64,000 nt of DNA, from contig NC_067401.1 of the NCBI RefSeq assembly GCF_016432865.1, forward strand, positions 131,688,001 to 131,752,000, read 5' to 3'. Every line of letters begins with the position of its first letter. The first letter of the stretch is position 1. Shown piece after piece: positions 1-12,429 of the stretch. Both the position numbers and the translations under genes were made by a program. The notes below the pieces were generated by a model that saw only the letters and a program-made list of their open reading frames with translations, did no database searches and was not told the origin of the DNA. Origin of the DNA: Antechinus flavipes. Lineage: Eukaryota.

Positions 1-3000
1 CTCCCCCACCCTGGCTCTGGCCTTTCCTCCCGCTCCCCCAGGGAGTGGGAATCACAGAGAAACTCAAGGCCTTTTCAGACCTCTCTCATATGGCCTTGGC
101 AACCTGCCATGTAAATGCTCCTATCCTGTCCCCTTCTTGGGGTACCGTACAGTGGGGAGATCAGGGACTCAATCAATCTTCTCAAATCTCCGGAAAAATT
201 TCCACCAACTTTTAAACTAAGAGAGGTTTACCAGCAATCTGGACAAGCGGGCCGCGCCCCTCCCAGACCTTCACCTGGCTCTTCAAGGAGCCGCAGCTTC
301 CAGCCCTCAGGAAGCGTGCTCCTCCCATACATTTTAAAACATGTTTTAAATTTCCCTGATTTCCATCTATCCTGCATGAGAGCAGCGCCTCCCATCACAG
401 CCTTTTATGCTTTTGCATGCTCATGCTCATGTCTACAAAGCGGGGGATTCAAACTGCTCTCGGTTTATTTTTCCTAGTCTCAGAGCACTTGCTTAAACCT
501 TCCTCAGCTCTTTGTGGAGAGATGGATAGCCGAGCTTTCAAAATGAGCACACTGGGGAAAGCAGGCTATGTCCTTTCTCTCTCTCTCCTACCAGCCTTAC
601 AGGTGGGAACTTTTCGACCCTAATTTTCTCAGTTCCAAGACCTTTTGTCCTTAGCCCACTCTCCTATTTTTCTGGATTGGCATTCTATGCCCTTGCCAAC
701 AATTAAAGGTTTCTTTTCTAAGCTCCAACCCTGGCCAGGATGCAGCTTCAAGAAAGATCTTTGGAATGATGGCTGGAGAATAAAACTCCAAATCAAAGCA
801 AATTAAATTGTTAAGAGAGTGAGGATAGCTTCTTTCAGCAGGAAATGAGTTAGAGGGAGAGACTAAAACTATTTGAAAACTCCTTAACTACTTTCAATTC
901 GGTGAACACCTTTAAAGGAAAAAGGCCTTTCCTGTTGCCTTTTTTCTAGCTTGCAGAATTTCCTTGTGGGGATTCCTGTGGTGTCTCTAGATTTGTTCTT
1001 TGTTCTATAGCTGGTCCCTGACAAATTCTCCCTTGCTCTGTTGTGCCACAGTTCTGCCTCAGCTTCTCTGGCATTACAGCTCGAGGAGCACTTTGTTGCC
1101 CTCCTTCTCTAGAGGACAGGGGGCTATAGAATTTGGATACTGTCTAAAGTCAGGCGAGAACACTTAAGCTTTTTTCCTAGAAGTCAAGGATTTCAGTCTT
1201 TCTGATTTTCCATTTGAAGACTGGTCCCGAGATTTTTTTTTTTTCCAGTAAGCCACCACCCTACCCCTTCTATAGCTAGGGCCAAGATATCCTTGGACAG
1301 AAAAATTTTTGTGGCTTGACAAGATTTTTGGTCACATTTTCCTGTCTCTCTGGGGACGCCCAGAGCGGATGAGAGCTGTAGAATTGGGGGGCTTGGGACT
1401 TGTTCCCCTATCCCTAAAAACTCACCTTTAGACTGTCTCTTAATGCAGAGACACACTCGGCTTGGAAAAAATATCTCAACCTCAAAACTTGAACTCTAAC
1501 TAGATTAGCTGAATTTCAAGGAGCCTTCTTTGCATCTTAAAAGGTGCCCTTTCAAAAGTGCTCTTTTCTTTCAAGTCCTGGGACTAACACTTCTGCTGTC
1601 CGGCAAAAGCTAGGTGAAACACACCCAGCAGAATTGTCCCTTTCAAAGCTGAAAAATCTCCCAGCCTAATGAGAGACCTGGGACCCTCCTCCCCAATTTT
1701 TCAGGGGTCCAAAGCCAATATACCAAGGCCAAAACTGGAGGAGCCCATTCTGAGCCTTCGATGTTTCTCCCACTCTGCAGCTGCAAACAGCTGTTGGTTT
1801 TCTTTTAACTCTCTCACCTGAACTAAAAAACTTGAGACTCTCAGCTCTTTTATTCTCAGGGCGATTTCTGCCTCCTGAAAAGACACTCAGAGTGGAGGTG
1901 CTTGTTAATGCAAGATCCCTCCCAGACTTAGGCCGGGAACCCCAAAAGTTTGTACTGTAGGTGTCAAGGAAACTGTCTGAGAAGACCCCAGTCCCTGTCC
2001 TGAGTTTCGAACAGGAGGAGCACTGGAGGAACTGCCTTTCCACAAACACCACAGGGGTTGAACTGCGCCCCCCTCCCAGCGTCCTGCTCTCTGGTAGGAA
2101 TTTGGGGTCTGGCCCCCACCAGGACAGCCTGAACACCTCGGGGACCATAAGTAAGCTAGGTAGGCAGCGATGCTACTTTGCACTCCCTCTGGCCCCTTCT
2201 GCCCTCCCCCATAAGGAGTAGATGGGGGAAGGCTCAGGATCTTTGCTTAACCATTTTGCAAATTTTCCTGGTGAGATTGAGGAACCAAGTCTCTATTTAA
2301 AAATTTTTAAAAAGCAGCACAGTTAAGAGATTTCTAAAAGCTTGAACTGCATTCTTATTTTGATAAGAGATTTCTAAAAGCTTAAACAGCATTCTTATCT
2401 TGATCTGTAGTCCTGACAAACGAGGACACACCCGTCCCCAGACCCTGCCTCACAAACAGATCCCTGACTGTTTTTAATCAAAAGCCTCGGAATCAAAGAG
2501 GTCTAAAAATTAACCCTGGGTTAGCCATTAACCCCAGGGATTTAGAGCAGTTTTTTAAAAAAGCCTATGGACATCAGTGGCTTATTAAACCTAATAGATA
2601 TCAAGGCCTCCTGCCTAGGCTGACTCTCTGAGTCCACACCCTTAATCCCTGCCACCCTGACCCAACCCCAGGAGAAACTAGCTTTCCTGGAAATTGGAGT
2701 GAAAGGGCTAAACTAAACTTTTTGCTCCTAGCATTTTCTCTTATACTTTTCTTTGGCATTCGATATTGTTGGATGGGCCATCAACATTTATACAGGCAGC
2801 CCACAGAAGGGACCTGATGCATTTCCTGCTAAAGGCCCCATTCCCAAATGTCTCCATCTCAACCCTGGATGACAACCCATTTTTATTCTGCTCCCGAGAT
2901 CCGTTTTCTCTAGGCTTCAAACTTTGAATTCTCAACTGCCCTTCAGCTGGGACGATTGACTGGGGACAACTGACTGGGACAAATACCTCTTAGATGCCCT

Positions 3001-3141
3001 GATGCCATCTCCAGACCCCACACTCCTGGCATGAACCCCCTAAATCTCTACAACCCTTGCCAGCTTGAAGCAGTTACATGAAGAAGAGATCATCACCCCT
3101 TTATCCCAAATGCATTTGGAGGTGACTGCTTGAGGGGGGAA
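1..3141 (+). mobile_element. Decayed ERV (class I-like) internal segment, no intact ORF; 5' boundary not visible
   Basis: Ends in a polypurine tract GAGGGGGGAA (3132-3141) directly followed by TG, the usual PPT/LTR junction. An env-tail-like remnant (SRLQTLNSQL) lies near 2907-2940, and CCCTTGCCAGCTTGAAGCAGTTAC (~3054-3077) resembles the post-env region of class I ERVs. Family resemblance is from recall, not a database search. Confidence 0.55.
2324..2403 (+). repeat. 40-bp tandem duplication (2 copies, 3 mismatches)
   Basis: TAAGAGATTTCTAAAAGCTTGAACTGCATTCTTATTTTGA (2324-2363) vs TAAGAGATTTCTAAAAGCTTAAACAGCATTCTTATCTTGA (2364-2403). Confidence 0.95.
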
Positions 3142-3816
3142 TGGAGAGTGGACCCTGAAACTCTGAAAATCCTTAAAGAAGAAAATTTCCTTCAACACTG
3201 CCTCAATGAGGGACCCTAACCCAAGTCCTTTTTCCCCTAACTGAGTTTAAGTTTTAACTGCTTGTGTGGGGAATGAAGTGGGTTGTGGTCCCTTTAAGAA
3301 AGTATTTCCTATTGATCTGATTCTTTTCAGATTCCCATCCCCTCCTGGGAGGCATATCCTCCCCAGTCCAGGTTGCCAGAGCCTTTGATTCATTTACAAA
3401 TCCTGGTCAAAAGCATACCTTTGAATTCCAATAGGAGATTTGGGCTTGTCCTAGCCCTCACTGATTCTGATCTGCTTGGGTTTTCCAATCCCCACCAAGA
3501 CTACCAATATAATGAGCTTCCATCAACTAAGGTCTTTGGAGATGGACCTCTGCAGCTCACTCAGCTGCCAGGATTTTCTGTCCACTGAGAACTGCATTCT
3601 CAGTGCAAAACTCTTTATTTTCCATAGATCTGCCGCTATAGAAGTCAGTCTCTGGTTAAACTGATTTCTAACAATAAACTTTCATTTTGCAACTAATATT
3701 CAGGAATGAGTGAATTCTTTCACTCCTAGAACCTGTGACTGATTTAATGAAGATTCTTGATAACTCTTATTACCACTAACCTCTAGACCACCATCTAGAC
3801 CACTCAAATAGCATCA
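3142..3816 (+). mobile_element. Putative 3' LTR of the ERV remnant
   Basis: Starts with TG immediately after the PPT and contains CCAAT-like boxes and AATAAA near 3673-3678. Candidate CA end at 3813-3816, abutting an L1 fragment. Right boundary approximate. Confidence 0.55.
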
Positions 3817-3823
3817 CTAATAT

Positions 3824-4608
3824 ATTGTTGGTGGAGTTGTGAACTGATTCAACCATTCTGGAGAATAATTTGGAACTATGCCCAAAGGGCTATCACACTG
3901 TTATACCCTTTGATCCAACAGTGTCTCTACTGGGTGTATATCCCAAAGAGATCTTAGAGGAGGGAAAGGGACCCACATGTGCAAAAATGTTTGTGCAGCC
4001 CTTTTTGTAGTGGCTAGAAACTGGATATTGAAGGGATGCCCATCAGTTGGAGAATGGCTGAATAAGTTATGGTATGTGACTGATATGGAACATTCTTGTT
4101 CTATAAAAAACGATCAGCAGGATGATTTCAGAAAGACCTGGAGAGACTTACATGCTAAGGGAAATGAGAAGAACCAGGAGATCATTATATACAGCAACAG
4201 CAATAGTATACAATGATTAGTTCTGATGGTCGAGGCTCTCTTCCAACAATGAAATGATTCAGGCCAATTCCAATGGTCTTGTATTGAAGAGAGCCATTTG
4301 CACCCAGAGAGAGGACGGTGGGAACTTCACATGAATCATTATAATATTTTCACTCTTTTTGTTGTTGTTTGCTTGCATTTTATTTCCTTTTTCATTTTTT
4401 CCCCTTTTTGACTGGATTTTTCTTGGGTAGCATGTTTGTGGAAGTGTGTATAAGAATTGCACATATTTAACTATATTAGATTATTTGCCATCTAGGGTAA
4501 GGAATGAGGAGAAAAGAGGGAAAAATTTTTGAACATAAGGTTTTATAAGGGTGAATGTTTAAAATTATCCATGGCATATGTTTTGAAAATAAAAAGCTTA
4601 AAAAAAAA
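3824..4608 (+). mobile_element. LINE-1 3' fragment (ORF2 C-terminal remnant plus 3' UTR, A tail)
   Basis: ORF 3977-4216 reads [21 protein letters not shown], an L1 ORF2 C-terminus-like motif. AATAAAAAGCTTAAAAAAAAA tail near 4589-4608. Confidence 0.85.
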
Positions 4609-5034
4609 CCCATAGGCCAAAAGTCCCAGTTCAGAGGGTATTTGATATGAATTCTGGGCAAAAAGAAAAATAGAAGAGAATTGTATGATATGAATGAACA
4701 GAACGGTTTATGAACAGAACGACTCAAATAACATTTTTTCAAATAACTGTGGAGCTACTGTTATCAGGTTAAGAATAACAATGTTGAGGTTACAGGGTGT
4801 AGTCAGATTCTTCTGTTACCAGGCCACTGGAATAGGCCCTAGCAGGGTTTTTGTTAATTCCTGCTTGGGCAGCTGATTGCAGCAGGCAGAAATGCAAAAT
4901 GGTGTTGCCCATTCAACCAGGTGCAGGGAGCTTGGGTCCTGGTAAACAGGATGTGGGGAGTTTGGGTCTTGCCTAAATGTTTCCAAAATTTTGTTTTGAC
5001 AAATTCTGACCAATGGTTAAAGAGAGTTACACAC

Positions 5035-5665
5035 ATTAAATCATTTAAAACATTTCCACATTAGTCATGCTGTGAAAGAAAAAATCGAAACAAAGGGAAA
5101 AAACCACAAGAAAGAAAAAAAACACCCCCAAAAAAGTGAAAATAGTATGCTTTGATCTACATTCAGTTTCCATAGTTCTTTCTCAAGATGCAGAGGGCAT
5201 TTTTCATCCTGAATCTATTGGATTTGCCTCAGATCACTATATTGATGAGAAGAGCTAAATATATCACAGTTGATCATCACATAATCTTGCTGTTATTGTG
5301 TACAATGATCTCCTGGTTCTACTCAATTCACTTAGCATCAGTTCATGTAAGTCTTTACAGGACTTTCTGAAATCATTCTGCTGATCATTTCTTATAGAAC
5401 AATAATATTTCATTACATTCATATACCATAACTTATTCAGACATTCCCCAACTGAAGGGCATCCACTCAATGTCCAGTTCCTTGTCAAAAACAAAAAACA
5501 AAAAACAAACAAACAAACAAAAAAAAAACCAAAAACCTGCTACACAACTTTTTTTCACACATATGAGTCTTTTTTTTTTTTAATGATCTCTTTGGGACCA
5601 CAGACCCAATAGTGACATTGCTGGATCAAAGGTATGCGCAGTTTGATAGCCTTTTGGGCAAAGTT
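5035..5665 (-). mobile_element. LINE-1 3' fragment, antisense, with internal (CAAA)n expansion
   Basis: ORF 5264-5512 (-) reads [33 protein letters not shown], the same motif as the other L1 copies. Boundaries approximate. Confidence 0.85.
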
Positions 5666-6340
5666 ACAAATATGAATAGATCTTTTATAGGGAAATATAA
5701 CTTCAAGAGTTTGACATCATAACTTGGCTTTCTGATTGAATAAAGTAATTGTGGAGTTACTAGAGACCTCTGCTTGAAGTGGGCTGGAATCAAAACAAAA
5801 GGCCCATTTAAGGCTGAAATGATCCTATCAATGCTCTTTCCTGCTCGCCTCAAAGGAGTAACTAGGTTTCTAGATTGTTTACAATGATTCAGGCTTTCTC
5901 TGCTAAAGCCCCTCTAGCTATCCAGGACTTCATCAAGACAGAATGAGTGTTGGCTTTTTATGGAAAAAAACAAATGAACACCTTGCATTTCCAATTTTTG
6001 TTTTTGTTTTTGCATTATCCTCCTGACAAGAACAGGTTTGTATGGATCTTGTAAACGCATCAAATCTTCAACACTCTTTTCACTGATGAGACCCGAGAGC
6101 TCAAGTTGACTTGCTACATCTCCTCTGGGTCTAGGGTAATTTTGTAATGCCTAAGGCTCAAGGTCTCACCTTCCCACTTCCCTCCTGGATTATTTATTGA
6201 AAAACAATTTAGTTAATCACTCTTGAGTAGAAAGGGTTATTTACTAAAGTGCTGTATTAAGAAGAACACTCACAAAACTAGTATCCTCCAAAAGTACTCT
6301 CTCACAAATACATACAAACTCCAGAAGAAAATGGGCTCAG

Positions 6341-6784
6341 AGAACCAGGAGATCATTATACACTTCGACAACGATATTGTATGAGGATGTATTCTGATGG
6401 AAGTGGATTTCTATGACAAAGAGACCTGAGTTTCAATGGATAAATGATGGACAGAAACAGCTACACCCAAAGAAGGAACACTGGGAAACGAATGTGAACT
6501 ATTTGCATTTTTGATTTTCTTCCCGAGTTATTTTTACCTTCTGAATCCAATTCTCCCTGTGCAACAGGAGAACTGTTTGGTTCTGTAAATATGTATTATA
6601 TCTAGGATATACTGCAACATATTTAACATATATAGGACTGCTTGCCATCTTGGGGGGGGGGTGGAGGGAGGGAGGGGAAAAAACGAAATATAAGCAAGTG
6701 CAAGGGATAATGTTGTAAAAAATTACCCTGGCATGGATTCTGTCAATACAAAGTTATTATTAAATAAAATAAAATTAAAAAAAA
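6341..6784 (+). mobile_element. 5'-truncated LINE-1 with poly(A) tail and perfect 16-bp TSD
   Basis: TSD AAGAAAATGGGCTCAG at 6325-6340 and 6785-6800; AATAAA plus A-run at the 3' end. Confidence 0.92.
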
Positions 6785-8029
6785 AAGAAAATGGGCTCAG
6801 GCTTAGAAAGCACAGTTCCTAGTTGGAAATACTTTTCTTTCATTTGTGAGCTAATGTGATGCTGTGTTTATCCCCAGAAGACATAAATCATTCAGCCCAT
6901 TGGAACCTCAAACAAACCTGACTTTCAAAAACTTTCCACACAATTTTTTGATTGATTGGTTGAGAAGTGTTGCTTATAAAAGTAAAGTGGGGGAAGGAAA
7001 ATCCTTCTTACAAAGTACCTGGCTAAATGAAGAGGAAAATTCAACTTCACACTTAGTTAACAAATCCCGTCTTGTCATTAAGTCAGTGATCCAAGCTTTC
7101 TTCCTAGCTTGATTGGATCTAGCAGCCCTTATATTCTCTTGGCACAACCTTTGAGAAACCTGGAAAGATTCAAAGCAAATACTCCAACCAGGCGTGCCTG
7201 TTTCCTCATAGAATGACCATTGACAAGCAGTCAAGCGTTTACGAAGTACCTACTAGGTACCAGGCAATATGTTAAGAGCTAAGGATATAGGGAAAGGTAA
7301 AACCAATTATCTGCTTTCAAGGAATTCTTAATCTAACGGATGTACAGACAAGCTATGTACGGAAAATTGGAACCAATCAACTGAATGCAGGCATTGGGAT
7401 GAAAAGATTAACATTTTCAGTAGGGAAGTCCAGAGGCCTTAGACACTGCTTAAGGGGCGGTGACTGTTCTTAAGACCCTAGCATTGTGGAGGGGCCATAA
7501 CAGAATGGAAATCCTTTTCGGTTGGAGGTTACGAGCTTAGCGGAGGGCAAAAGAACCGTTTCTAAATGTGGTCTGAATTCCATGATCTGAATGACAGGAC
7601 CTACGGCTTCTGTAAAGAGATACTACTCCTAAAGGATATCCTTTCCAAAGCTTCTCTTTTTGGAGGGAGGAATAAGACTTGGTGGGGGGTGGGGTCTAGG
7701 GCTCATAGCTGCTCCAGCTAATGTGTTTTAGGAAAAAGGGATCCAAATTGGCCGCAGACTACCTGAGCCCTTCTCTGGACCTATCATTATCTCTATGACA
7801 TTCTGGATAGCTGGATGATTGGTCAAGTTACTTCATTCAGCCTCAGTTTTCTCCTCAAAATAGGGGTAATAGATCATAGAGGATCAAATGGTCCTCTTTA
7901 AAGAGCTTTAAGCTATTATAGGTATATTGATAGATGCAGGTAGGTCAGAGTCAGAAGAAACAAACCACGCCCACCCACCCCCACTTTGGGCTAGGAGGGA
8001 GCAAGAATAAGACTGATGGAATTATCAAG

Positions 8030-8527
8030 GCGCATGCGCAAGACCCTCGCAACTCGCCCCACTCCATCTAACAGTCTCAATTTTTAGGTAGGGCGTGAAC
8101 CAGCCTCTGCAACCTCGGCTTCTTTCTTACTGGAAGCCATCTCAATCCGTTATCCTTGCCCATGCGCACTCTATTTTCCCCGCCCAGGCTTCAGAATTTC
8201 TCCTTTTCGCCAGCGAAAAGAGCGCAAAGCACATGCGCGAGCCCTCCCCAGCACCCCGCCTAACTGTATAACAGTCTCTACCGAGGTAAGGGCGCGAGCT
8301 CGCCAAACTCTCGAGCCTAGGCTTCTTTCTTACTCGTGGCTAGGCTTAATCCTCTATCCTTGCACATGCGCAATCTGCTTTCTCGGCCCAGACTTCCGAA
8401 CTCTTCTTCTCCTTCTTCGGAGTCTAGTGCGCATTCGCAGGGCTCCCGGCTGAGTTCTCCCAGCTGCCTTCGCGCGTTGCGCAGGAACCGCACTAGAAGC
8501 GAACGGCGGACCGGCTGCAACATGGCT
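8030..8527 (+). promoter_or_regulatory. KLHL11 CpG-island promoter with five NRF1-like motifs and a YY1-like motif over the ATG
   Basis: GCGCATGCGCA 8030-8040, CATGCGCA 8161-8168, GCACATGCGCG 8229-8239, TGCACATGCGCA 8361-8372, TGCGCATTCGCA 8428-8439; AACATGGC at 8519-8526. CpG-dense through exon 1. Confidence 0.7.
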
Positions 8528-9063
8528 GCGTCTGCTGCCGCTTCCCTTCAAGTGGTGGAGATGGAAGGGGTGGAACCAGCCGCCTCTGGGCCTGTGGGGC
8601 TGGGAGTGGAAGGTATGGGCATTAGTGGTAGCGTGGCTGCGGAGGCCGGGCTCGGGGCCGGGCTCGGGGCTGGGCTCGCCTCCATGGCGGAGGTGGTCGG
8701 CGGGGAGCCAGGCCCGGAGTCGGAGGACTTCGAGTGCAGCACGCACTGCTCGGAGCTGTCGTGGCGGCAGAACGAGCAGCGGCGCCAGGGCCTCTTCTGC
8801 GACATCACGCTGTGCTTCGGCGGCGCCGGCGGCCGCGAGTTCCGCGCCCACCGCTCCGTGCTGGCCGCCGCCACCGAGTACTTCACGCCTCTGCTCTCAG
8901 GCCAGTTCTCCGAGTCCCGCTCTGGCCGCGTTGAGATGCGTAAGTGGAGCTCGGAGCCAGGGCCCGAGCCTGACACGGTGGAGGCCGTCATCGAGTACAT
9001 GTACACGGGTCGCATTCGCGTCAGCACCGGCAGCGTCCACGAGGTCTTAGAGCTGGCCGACAG
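8522..9063 (+). CDS. KLHL11: KLHL11 coding exon 1
   Basis: ATG 8522 ([15 protein letters not shown]); donor GT at 9064. Confidence 0.93.
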
Positions 9064-12000
9064 GTGAGAGGCAGAGGCCGAGGGACCGAGGGGAGGGAGG
9101 AAGAAAAGGGGCCAGGAGAAGCTAGAAGGGCACAGGCTGGAAGAGAGGAAGGGGCAAGGATACCGGAGCAGCAGAGAAAGACTGAGGCAGAAGGAGAGAA
9201 GGGAATAAGAGACCTGGCAGGGAGAAAGAGAAAAGGGTAAGGGGGAAACCTGGGAGGGTGGGCATTGAAAGAAGGGGAAGCCCTGAGAAAGGGATAGAGA
9301 AGGAGCTCGAGGGTGGGGTGGGAGAAGAAGCCTTAGCTATGGAACTATTGGGAAAGAAAGTGCTTCCGTTGTATCTATCTGACTGTTCTCTGCAATTTAC
9401 AGTCTTTGACCTGCTTAGCCCCAGAGTACTGAGAGCTTTAGTGACTTTATTTTTCGTCTTATAGCCAGTCTGTGTCCAAGAACCCAGATTTCTCTGGTCC
9501 CAAAGCACGCTCTTGCTATTTAGTGAACCAAACTGACCCGTAGGCATGTGGAATACAAAGATGAAAAAGCCCCTATTCTCAAGCTCATTCTACTAGATTA
9601 ACCTTTAGAAGGAGGTTTTGTTCAAATATACCTGGATCGTTTCTTCCATCAGACTTTCCTTACCCTCACAATGTTTTTCTCTCTTGAAAATTTTCATTTT
9701 CTTCAAAGGGTTAGCTCTGATTTTTTTCTTCCCCAAAGCCTCTTCTGAGTTGCGTGAGTAAATGATTTTTAACCATTTTTAAGATCAGCTGATTAGAAAA
9801 ATTTGGCAACCTGTGAAAGATTATGGCTTCCTCAGAATGTTTTTAAATAATTAAAGTGCTGAAATTCAGTTTAAAGCTTAGTAATGAAGTTGTAATATTT
9901 TTCCCTGACCAAATTCATCAACTTTTTAAAAATTTCTCATGGGCTCTAGGATAAAAATTCTTATCTTAGATAAACATTGAATCTTTTCCTTTGCATTTGT
10001 GGATATAACTTATATTTATATAGTACTTTATGATACGCCAAGACTTCCATCACTTTTGCCATTTGATCCTCAGAACAGGTTTATGAATTAGATACTATAA
10101 AACACCTGTATATTTTTATTTGGTGGGGGACAACTGGGATTCCCTTTTTACGGTGGCACTGCAATGGCTACTAATGGACTAATGTCATCACTGATAGGCA
10201 TGAAATTATTCCATTTTTCCATTATATACTAGTTTCTCCCTCTGTAAGTAGCCTGGTAGCCTTTTTTCTTAGCACTACTTTTTGATGCCATACTTGCTGC
10301 CCTAATGCAGTTCAGAACTCTTAAATTCAAGGGATCTACTGGCCCTTAGCAGGAGGGAATAATATGCTCCATTACACTTAGTTCCATTTTATAATATAAT
10401 AAATGTGTTGTTCAGGAGCTAAATGATGTATATATTAAATGGCAAATACAGGAACCAGCATTTACCAAGGAACCATTTCTCCATTGTCATATATCCCACA
10501 CACAAAGCACTTTGTCTGCCCCTTTCCTGTGTACTTATTATAGTCTAACTTGTATCATTATTGTGTATATACCTATTAGATTTCAAGTTCCTAGAGAAGA
10601 GGGTTTATATCTTTCATCTTTGTATCCCTCAGGTTCTAAACAGTGTTTGGAAGGTACTTAATGTTTTGAATTGCAGTATTTTCACTAATCCCAGACCATG
10701 CTTTTTTCCTGTTATATTATGATCTTTTCATGACTCCAAAATTGAATTAACTTTGGGCCAAATTAGCTTGAAATAGACAAAAAAATTAATGTTGTACAGA
10801 TGCAAATATTAACTTGAATCATTCCTTTTGTCTGTCTTTGACTTTAGGTTCTTACTGATTCGTTTAAAAGAATTTTGTGGAGAATTTCTCAAGAAAAAAC
10901 TGAATCTGTCAAATTGTGTGGCTATCCATAGTTTAGCCCATATGTACACCCTGAGTCAACTTGCTCTGAAAGCTGCAGATATGATAAGAAGGAATTTCTA
11001 TAAAGTGATTCAGGATGAAGAATTCTACACTTTACCTTTTCATCTCATTCGAGACTGGCTTTCAGACTTGGAAATTACAGTTGATTCAGAAGAGATTCTC
11101 TTTGAAACTGTTTTGAAGTGGGTTCAAAGAAATGCTGAAGAGAGGGAGCGATATTTTGAAGAACTTTTTAAACTGCTTAGATTATCACAGATGAAACCTA
11201 CTTATCTTACAAGACATGTAAAATCAGAAAGGCTGGTATCCATTAGTGAAGCTTGTGTCAAGTTAGTCTCTGAAGCTGTGGAAAGCCATGCTCTAAGAGC
11301 AGAGAATTTGCAGTCTGGTAATCTGCAGCATTCAGTGTCCCCTGTTGGATTACTGCCAAGGTATGGGCAGAATATGGATGTGATTATGGTGATTGGTGGT
11401 GTGTCAGAAGGAGGGGACTATTTAAGTGAGTGTGTGGGATATTTTATTGATGAAGACAGGTGGGTAAACTTGCCACATATTCATAATCACTTGGATGGAC
11501 ATGCTGTTGCAGTGACAGAATCATACATATATGTTGCTGGGTCAATGGAACCTGGATTTGCCAAAACAGTGGAAAGATATAATCCAAATAGAAATATGTG
11601 GGAACAAGTTTGTAATTTAATGACAAGAAAACATTCTTTTGGCCTCACAGAAGTAAAGGGAAAACTGTATAGTATTGGAGGACATGGCAACTTTAGTCCT
11701 GGTTTTAAAGATGTAACTGTATATAATCCTGAGCAAGATAAATGGCACAACTTGGAGTCAGCACCAAAGATTCTTCGTGATGTCAAAGCAGTCACTATAG
11801 AAGAAAGATTTGTGTATATTGCTGCCCGTACTCCTGTGGACAGTGACAGTGAAGACGGATTAAGGGCCATTATTACCCGCTATGACACAGAGACTCGGCA
11901 GTGGCAAGATGTGGATTCCTTGCCACTTATTGACAATTACTGCTTTTTCCAAATGTCTGTGGCCAGTACAAACTTTTACCACACAGCCTCATGCTGTCCA

Positions 12001-12429
12001 AAGAGTTATCCTCTAGATAATGAAGAGGCAAAGAGAAAAATCTCTGGCCGAGTATCTGATGAGATTCTTGAAAGCTTGCCTCCAGAAGTCCTTAGCATAG
12101 AAGGAGCAGCAATTTGCTATTACAAAGATGATGTTTTCATCATTGGGGGCTGGAAAAATAGTGATGATATTGATAAGCAATATCGAAAAGAAGCCTATCG
12201 TTATTGTGCCGAGAGAAAGCGGTGGATGCTCCTTCCTCCCATGCCACAACCGCGTTGCAGGGCAACTGCTTGCCATGTGAGAATCCCCTACAGGTGCCTG
12301 CATGGTAGCCAGAGATATCCTATGCCCCAGAATTTAATGTGGCAGAAGGACAGAATACGACAGATGCAAGAAATACATCGACATGCACTAAGTTTGCGGA
12401 GGATGCCACGCTCTCAGATTGAATGCTAG
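8522..12429 (+). CDS. KLHL11: Kelch-like protein 11 (BTB-BACK-Kelch CUL3 adaptor), 707 aa; join(8522..9063,10848..12429)
   Basis: BTB domain (LFCDITLCF...[15 protein letters not shown]), BACK domain and kelch repeats; C-terminus [10 protein letters not shown]. Phase-2 GT-AG intron (GACAG|GTGAG...TTTAG|G). 542+1582 = 2124 nt, in frame. Confidence 0.97.
10848..12429 (+). CDS. KLHL11: KLHL11 coding exon 2
   Basis: Acceptor AG 10846-10847; (R)[10 protein letters not shown]...SQIEC TAG. Confidence 0.97.

Noticed and set aside
1930-2040. Possible gag zinc-knuckle remnant (PCPE...HWRNC across a frameshift)
   Set aside because: Needs a frameshift, a Cys-to-Phe change and wrong spacing; too degenerate to call without a profile search.
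5670-7200. Possible antisense LTR or ERV fragment around the 6341 L1
   Set aside because: No clear TG...CA ends, PPT or TSD could be established by eye.
8336-8521. In-frame upstream extension of KLHL11 (GTG 8336, ATG 8366)
   Set aside because: The ATG lies inside an NRF1-like promoter motif, probably upstream of the TSS; ATG 8522 matches the known N-terminus and has a strong context.
8317-9050. Several long alternative-frame and antisense ORFs over KLHL11 exon 1
   Set aside because: Expected in a very GC-rich CpG-island exon where stops are rare; only one frame gives the BTB domain.
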